A DNA stretch of 64,000 nucleotides, from positions 2,914,001-2,978,000 of the forward strand of contig JAQOWU010000008.1 of NCBI GenBank assembly GCA_030867685.1. Direction: 5' to 3'. A program made the translations under genes and the position numbers. How positions within the stretch are numbered: the stretch's first letter is position 1; each line of letters opens with the position of its first letter. Below are positions 59,391 through 64,000 of this stretch, in pieces. The notes beneath the pieces were generated by a model. The model had not been told where the DNA came from. It worked only from the letters and a program-made list of their open reading frames with translations, and ran no database searches. The DNA is from Wickerhamiella versatilis. Lineage: Eukaryota.

Positions 59391-62300
59391 TCAAGCAAAT
59401 CCAAACCCTGTGGAACCTAATGTAATGGCTTTCACAAGTGCCTCCCGAAGAGTCTCATAAGAATTGTATGGAGGAAGAGACAATTGATTCGAACAGGTGT
59501 GTGCCGACGGCAAACGATCTTCACCTGTGAATTCGCGTACTATGGTGAATTTTCCTGGTCCATCGGTGCTCTCAAGACTACTGAAGCCTTGAACTGGAAC
59601 TTTTGATGTTCCCGTGGCGAATTGCAGGACTTTTGCCCGTTCATCAGCACCGAAGCTTGCCAAAGCACGCCAGAACCAACGAACCTGAGATGAAGTGGCA
59701 GTGTATCCTTGATATACTGTGTTTCTCCTCCAGTCATCGATGTCTATGTTCGGAAGTCCACATATAATGAGCTCAAGCTCCTGTTCGTCAAACATCTCAA
59801 CACGCTCCGAATCAACTACTTGATGGAATCCCTCACGCAGTGCTTCCAGTTGGTCCTTTACGGACGTAACAAGCTTGAACTCTACGAGAAGCCTAATATA
59901 CTCCTCCTTGTTATCCTCCGTCACGGGTATGTTTTCTCCCCCCGGAATAAGCGGATACGTTTTGTTCGCACCAAACTCTTCGGTTTCCACAGCAAATGTT
60001 GCTTCTACAACGTCTGTTATGTCGTTGTTTAGCATCCATTTAAGAGAGCGGTAGTATGATGGATCGACACTTTCCATGTCGCTCAAAGTGACTGGTCGCT
60101 CAAGTAAAAACTTGTAGATGATGCGGAAGAAGTGGCAATCGACTGTACGTCGGTCCAAAACTGCCCTTCCAAGGATGAGTCCAAGAAAATGGAAGTACTG
60201 CAGATGATCCGGATTCACTCCAGACGCTACGTTGATCTGAAAAACATTAACACCCTCTAGCTTGGTAAAAAGAGCATAGTGAGGACTCAATATCTCCTGG
60301 CATAAGCATGCCAACCACTCTCTAGCAACACCGCCAGCATCAACCGCTTCTTCTCCTTCAAACTGTACCTCCAGAGCTTCGTCCCGTAGTAATCCCTCTT
60401 CGTTAAATAAAGTAATTTGCTCGAATGAATCTTGTAGAACGTTCGATCTACGAACGCGCAATGTGATAGTATTTCCATAATTTCCAGGCGATGACTGTCG
60501 TTGGAATAAAGAAAGTCTATTGTCGAAATCAAGCACTCGGGGATCACGGCCAAGAGCAGATAACGGACCACCAAGTAGCCGAGGATTAGAACGAACAAGC
60601 TCATTAACAGCCTCACGGTATTTTTGAGCAAAAGCTACAAGTTTTGTTGACTCCTCATTGATAGACCCAGCAACAAGGGTTAGTGATTCTAATAATGGCA
60701 GAAGTTGAACGTCATTGGGACGCTCTTCAAGTTTCTTGCCTAAGAATTCCCAGCATGAATCCCAAGGACCTAGTTTGCGTAATTGCTCTTCCAATGCAGG
60801 AGACTGAAGAACATGATCAATAACTGTGAGCAATCTTAAAAATCGGTTGCTCGCCTCCTCAGATTCGTCAGTCGAAAAAGCAATAGCTTTCGCTACTCTC
60901 GCTGCAGGAATGAGATGAGAGATGATATCTGTCATGTTGCACTGCATGAAAAGCTCTCTACAGATATTAAAAGCCGAAGCAGTACATTCTGGCGCCTCAA
61001 GTATGATAGTTGCCACGTCCACTAAAGGCTCCGAAGCAGAATAGCCAACTTGTTCAAGTAAGCCTGCTAACGCTTTCAATAACTGAGAGCTATGTTTCAC
61101 AAATGGTGCTTCGGCCAGCGATTTCAGCACAACCCTCCCCTGAAGTGACTGAACGCGATATGCCACAGCTGACTCTGAGCTACATAAGTCCGCTAGGCAC
61201 TCAAGAATATTAGAGGATGCTGCAACGGGTGTTGCTGAGGGTCCCAGAGGAAAAAGCTGAGCGGCTCCTGATTCACGGCCGAACTCTGCGTAACAAATTG
61301 GTAGAGTCGACTCCAAGGCAGAAGCTAGGACTCGCATAAGAGCATCAGCAACATTAAGCGAGGCAGTATCATTATAGCAACATTGTCTCAATAGATCAAT
61401 GAATGGCCTAAGATCTTTTATTGTTGCTGGGTAAAACAAAAATCTCAAAGAAGTAGGAATAACAGGCAAAGTCAGGAAAGAGCGAGGGCTTTCTGGCGGG
61501 CGGTCTTTGGCATGCGCTTCATGCGTCGCGGGAGCAATGATGTGATCCGCACGATTTTGAAGAGCCCTTATAGACAGATTCTGGGGTAAATGCAATACAG
61601 TAAGGGGTGGAAGTGGTTCCGAAGTAAGTCTAAATAGTCTCTTCGTAATTGACCAAACTGAAGGCGACTGTTCTGGTTCATCTGTCGTGAATAGGGGATG
61701 CAGTCCTACAGGCTCATTGGCATACGGTGCTATTGATGACTCTGAAGACGTGGAATGAGAGAATGCATCAAAAGACATAGCTTCCTCATCTTCTTCCTCT
61801 TCATCTTCGTCTTCGTCTCCACTCCCTTGAGATTCGACTCCAGACAAGGTGTCGTCCATAGAAATATCCTCGTGTCCGACTTCGCCCAGATCGTCAGTGA
61901 AGTCTTCTTCCTCATCATACTCATCCGAATAACCATTTTCCCCACTCATCCCATCATCATAGCCGTCAGATCCAGAAAGATAGTCTTCAAGTACTTCATT
62001 TTGGTCCATCTCAGGGGCTGACTCGTACATTCCTAGTGCACTATTCCGATATGCATCGTTATCAGAATCTTCCTCCTCAACCTCCATAACAACTTCTACC
62101 TCACTTTCATTGCTATCTTCATCCTCCCATGGTTCATCATCTCCTTGTTCTTCAGCCTGATTAGGAGTCTGTATATATGTGTTATCGAGTTGTGCGTTTG
62201 TACTGAGATAATAGGCTACACATGATCGAGCATGGATGCCTGCGGGTGTGTAAGGGTCTATTCTCTCAGTAATGTCCTTCAGAAACATATTAAAAAAGGG

Positions 62301-64000
62301 CTTCTGGAGCTCAAACGCCCAGTAATCAGGTTCAAGTCGATGCCAAGTTGGATCATTAGCATCGGTATTCATAGCTTCAAGAATATCCAAAACTTTATGC
62401 ATAAGAGTAGGGCCCTTGGATTTTGATAGAGCCAGCATTGCTTCCTTTAATATTAATTGGCATACAGATTTTACATATCCAAGTGATTCCTGAGTAGGGA
62501 GGCAGTCACTTGGATTCAAAACCAGGCACAAAAATATAGAATGGGCTTGATGGGCAAGCGCGGTGTGCGCATCCTCAATATCGTCAAGTAAGTCCCCAAT
62601 CCCTTCATCATAATTGAGTAAACGAAAGAGAAGCTTTATTGCAGCGGACTCTTCAGGAACAGCGCCATTTGTCGGCGGCGTATTAGGCCACCATAGAAGA
62701 CTCTGTCTTGCGCCACGGAGTAACTCAGTTGTATTGGCCAATATGCGTAGTAAGTACTCCGCAAAGTCATTTTCTCTACGAAACTGTTCTGAGTTAGCAA
62801 TGTTACGGGCCACAAGAGCCTCCTCAAGAGCATTAAGTAGATCCGCCACAGGCCACCAGGGTGCTGTGCCTGAAAGGTCAGGAACTTCTTGGCCAGGTAT
62901 CACACGACGAGGCAGAATAGTTCCATTCACCCTACAGAGCACTCTACATGCTGCCTCTCTCGCACCAGGCCTTGACATAACCGCATCTAAGGAGTTCTGT
63001 TGGCTATTTTTTGTGGCAAAATGCTCCTCTAAACGGACTCCCAGAAGATTTTGCAGAGCATCACCGCTTCCTTCACTAGAATATCGCGCAATAGCATGGA
63101 CTATAAATGGATAAAAGTTCAGGCGACGGCATCCTTGCAGCAACTCCTGGAATACTGAGCGAAGCTGAGGGGAAATAGCAGAGTCAGGATAAATTGAGGC
63201 TACTTTGAGAGCAACACGGGCTGCTGACTCTAGAACAAGCCGCGCTGCATGCTGATCCGTAGCCTCTGTCGTGAACCTTTTCACATTTTCCGACAATGGA
63301 CCCCAGTTCAATGTAGGATGCAGTTCAAAAGCCGCCAACGCCGATGCTAGATAGTACGCATCTGGGGGATTCTGTAAACAGCGGTAAAGGGGAATAGTTG
63401 GAGGGGATTTACCAGCTAAAGCAAAGTATTGATAGGCCGCAGGGCTTAAATTACTTTCATAAGTATGAGAAACTGCCATTATTTTTCGGGCTGCGGTTGC
63501 TCTAGCAATATGAACGTCTGTAGGATTCAGCTTCGCGGCATCGACGAGAGCACTGCTAAGCTCACTGCTTCCTCCCATCCAAGAAAGGAGATGTGGGAGA
63601 GCGGCTCCCATATCCTTGATATATGGAAAGAGTTCGCTAACAAAAGGAGTGAAAATGTTACGTGTGCACGTTGCTTCCATGACAGGAGCTAATCTTGTGA
63701 GGGAATCCTCAACTTTGTCGGCAGCGGCACCACCTTTCTTAGCATCTAACAAACTCTTTGCAAGCTTCACAATACCCTGTGCAATTCCTGACTGCTTATG
63801 AGCAAACTTTCGCCGGGGTATAAGCATGATTAGGTCCCCAGTTTCTGGTGACATGGGATTTGATGCCATCGCATATATGAACTCCAATATGTCATTCTCT
63901 ACATCCAAAATGAACCTATCACCGTCAAAGCAGTGGTCCCAATAATCTGCAATTACCAATTGGAAATCATGATCTTCTATTCCCGCTAGCTTTCGACCCA
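59391..64000 (-). CDS. TOM1: HECT E3 ligase Tom1/HUWE1-like (5'-truncated by window)
   Basis: YRNSALGMYE + acidic tract, HPL, NELVRSNPRLL..VLDFDNR, HECT (GEEAVDAGGVAREW, SAHTCSNQL..GFGFA). Frame open to the window edge. Confidence 0.88.
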   Translation of the reverse strand, partial: GRKLAGIEDHDFQLVIADYWDHCFDGDRFILDVENDILEFIYAMASNPMSPETGDLIMLIPRRKFAHKQSGIAQGIVKLAKSLLDAKKGGAAADKVEDSLTRLAPVMEATCTRNIFTPFVSELFPYIKDMGAALPHLLSWMGGSSELSSALVDAAKLNPTDVHIARATAARKIMAVSHTYESNLSPAAYQYFALAGKSPPTIPLYRCLQNPPDAYYLASALAAFELHPTLNWGPLSENVKRFTTEATDQHAARLVLESAARVALKVASIYPDSAISPQLRSVFQELLQGCRRLNFYPFIVHAIARYSSEGSGDALQNLLGVRLEEHFATKNSQQNSLDAVMSRPGAREAACRVLCRVNGTILPRRVIPGQEVPDLSGTAPWWPVADLLNALEEALVARNIANSEQFRRENDFAEYLLRILANTTELLRGARQSLLWWPNTPPTNGAVPEESAAIKLLFRLLNYDEGIGDLLDDIEDAHTALAHQAHSIFLCLVLNPSDCLPTQESLGYVKSVCQLILKEAMLALSKSKGPTLMHKVLDILEAMNTDANDPTWHRLEPDYWAFELQKPFFNMFLKDITERIDPYTPAGIHARSCVAYYLSTNAQLDNTYIQTPNQAEEQGDDEPWEDEDSNESEVEVVMEVEEEDSDNDAYRNSALGMYESAPEMDQNEVLEDYLSGSDGYDDGMSGENGYSDEYDEEEDFTDDLGEVGHEDISMDDTLSGVESQGSGDEDEDEEEEDEEAMSFDAFSHSTSSESSIAPYANEPVGLHPLFTTDEPEQSPSVWSITKRLFRLTSEPLPPLTVLHLPQNLSIRALQNRADHIIAPATHEAHAKDRPPESPRSFLTLPVIPTSLRFLFYPATIKDLRPFIDLLRQCCYNDTASLNVADALMRVLASALESTLPICYAEFGRESGAAQLFPLGPSATPVAASSNILECLADLCSSESAVAYRVQSLQGRVVLKSLAEAPFVKHSSQLLKALAGLLEQVGYSASEPLVDVATIILEAPECTASAFNICRELFMQCNMTDIISHLIPAARVAKAIAFSTDESEEASNRFLRLLTVIDHVLQSPALEEQLRKLGPWDSCWEFLGKKLEERPNDVQLLPLLESLTLVAGSINEESTKLVAFAQKYREAVNELVRSNPRLLGGPLSALGRDPRVLDFDNRLSLFQRQSSPGNYGNTITLRVRRSNVLQDSFEQITLFNEEGLLRDEALEVQFEGEEAVDAGGVAREWLACLCQEILSPHYALFTKLEGVNVFQINVASGVNPDHLQYFHFLGLILGRAVLDRRTVDCHFFRIIYKFLLERPVTLSDMESVDPSYYRSLKWMLNNDITDVVEATFAVETEEFGANKTYPLIPGGENIPVTEDNKEEYIRLLVEFKLVTSVKDQLEALREGFHQVVDSERVEMFDEQELELIICGLPNIDIDDWRRNTVYQGYTATSSQVRWFWRALASFGADERAKVLQFATGTSKVPVQGFSSLESTDGPGKFTIVREFTGEDRLPSAHTCSNQLSLPPYNSYETLREALVKAITLGSTGFGFA

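Overview
Eukaryotic, gene-dense budding-yeast (Saccharomycotina-type) chromosomal DNA. It holds about 36 apparently intronless protein-coding genes (SHM1 and TOM1 are cut by the window edges) and the U6 snRNA gene. Most are conserved housekeeping genes, identified by motif recognition only, with no database search. A Tay1-like double-Myb gene and the extreme compaction suggest an early-diverging lineage such as Wickerhamiella/Starmerella; this is inference. I saw no transposon, CRISPR array, tRNA, rRNA or clearly bacterial gene, and no unambiguous new system. Best leads: (1) a tandem pair of HsbA/Mp1-like GPI cell-wall genes, one with silk-like GA repeats and a His-rich tail; (2) head-to-head genes whose start codons are only 8-41 bp apart; (3) recurring telomere-like CCCTAAC/CCCTAGC motifs in the short spacers, plus a G-rich cluster upstream of TAY1; (4) a PHD finger split by a frameshift at an A7 run; (5) shrunken or degenerate dynactin p150, Ira RasGAP and Tom1.
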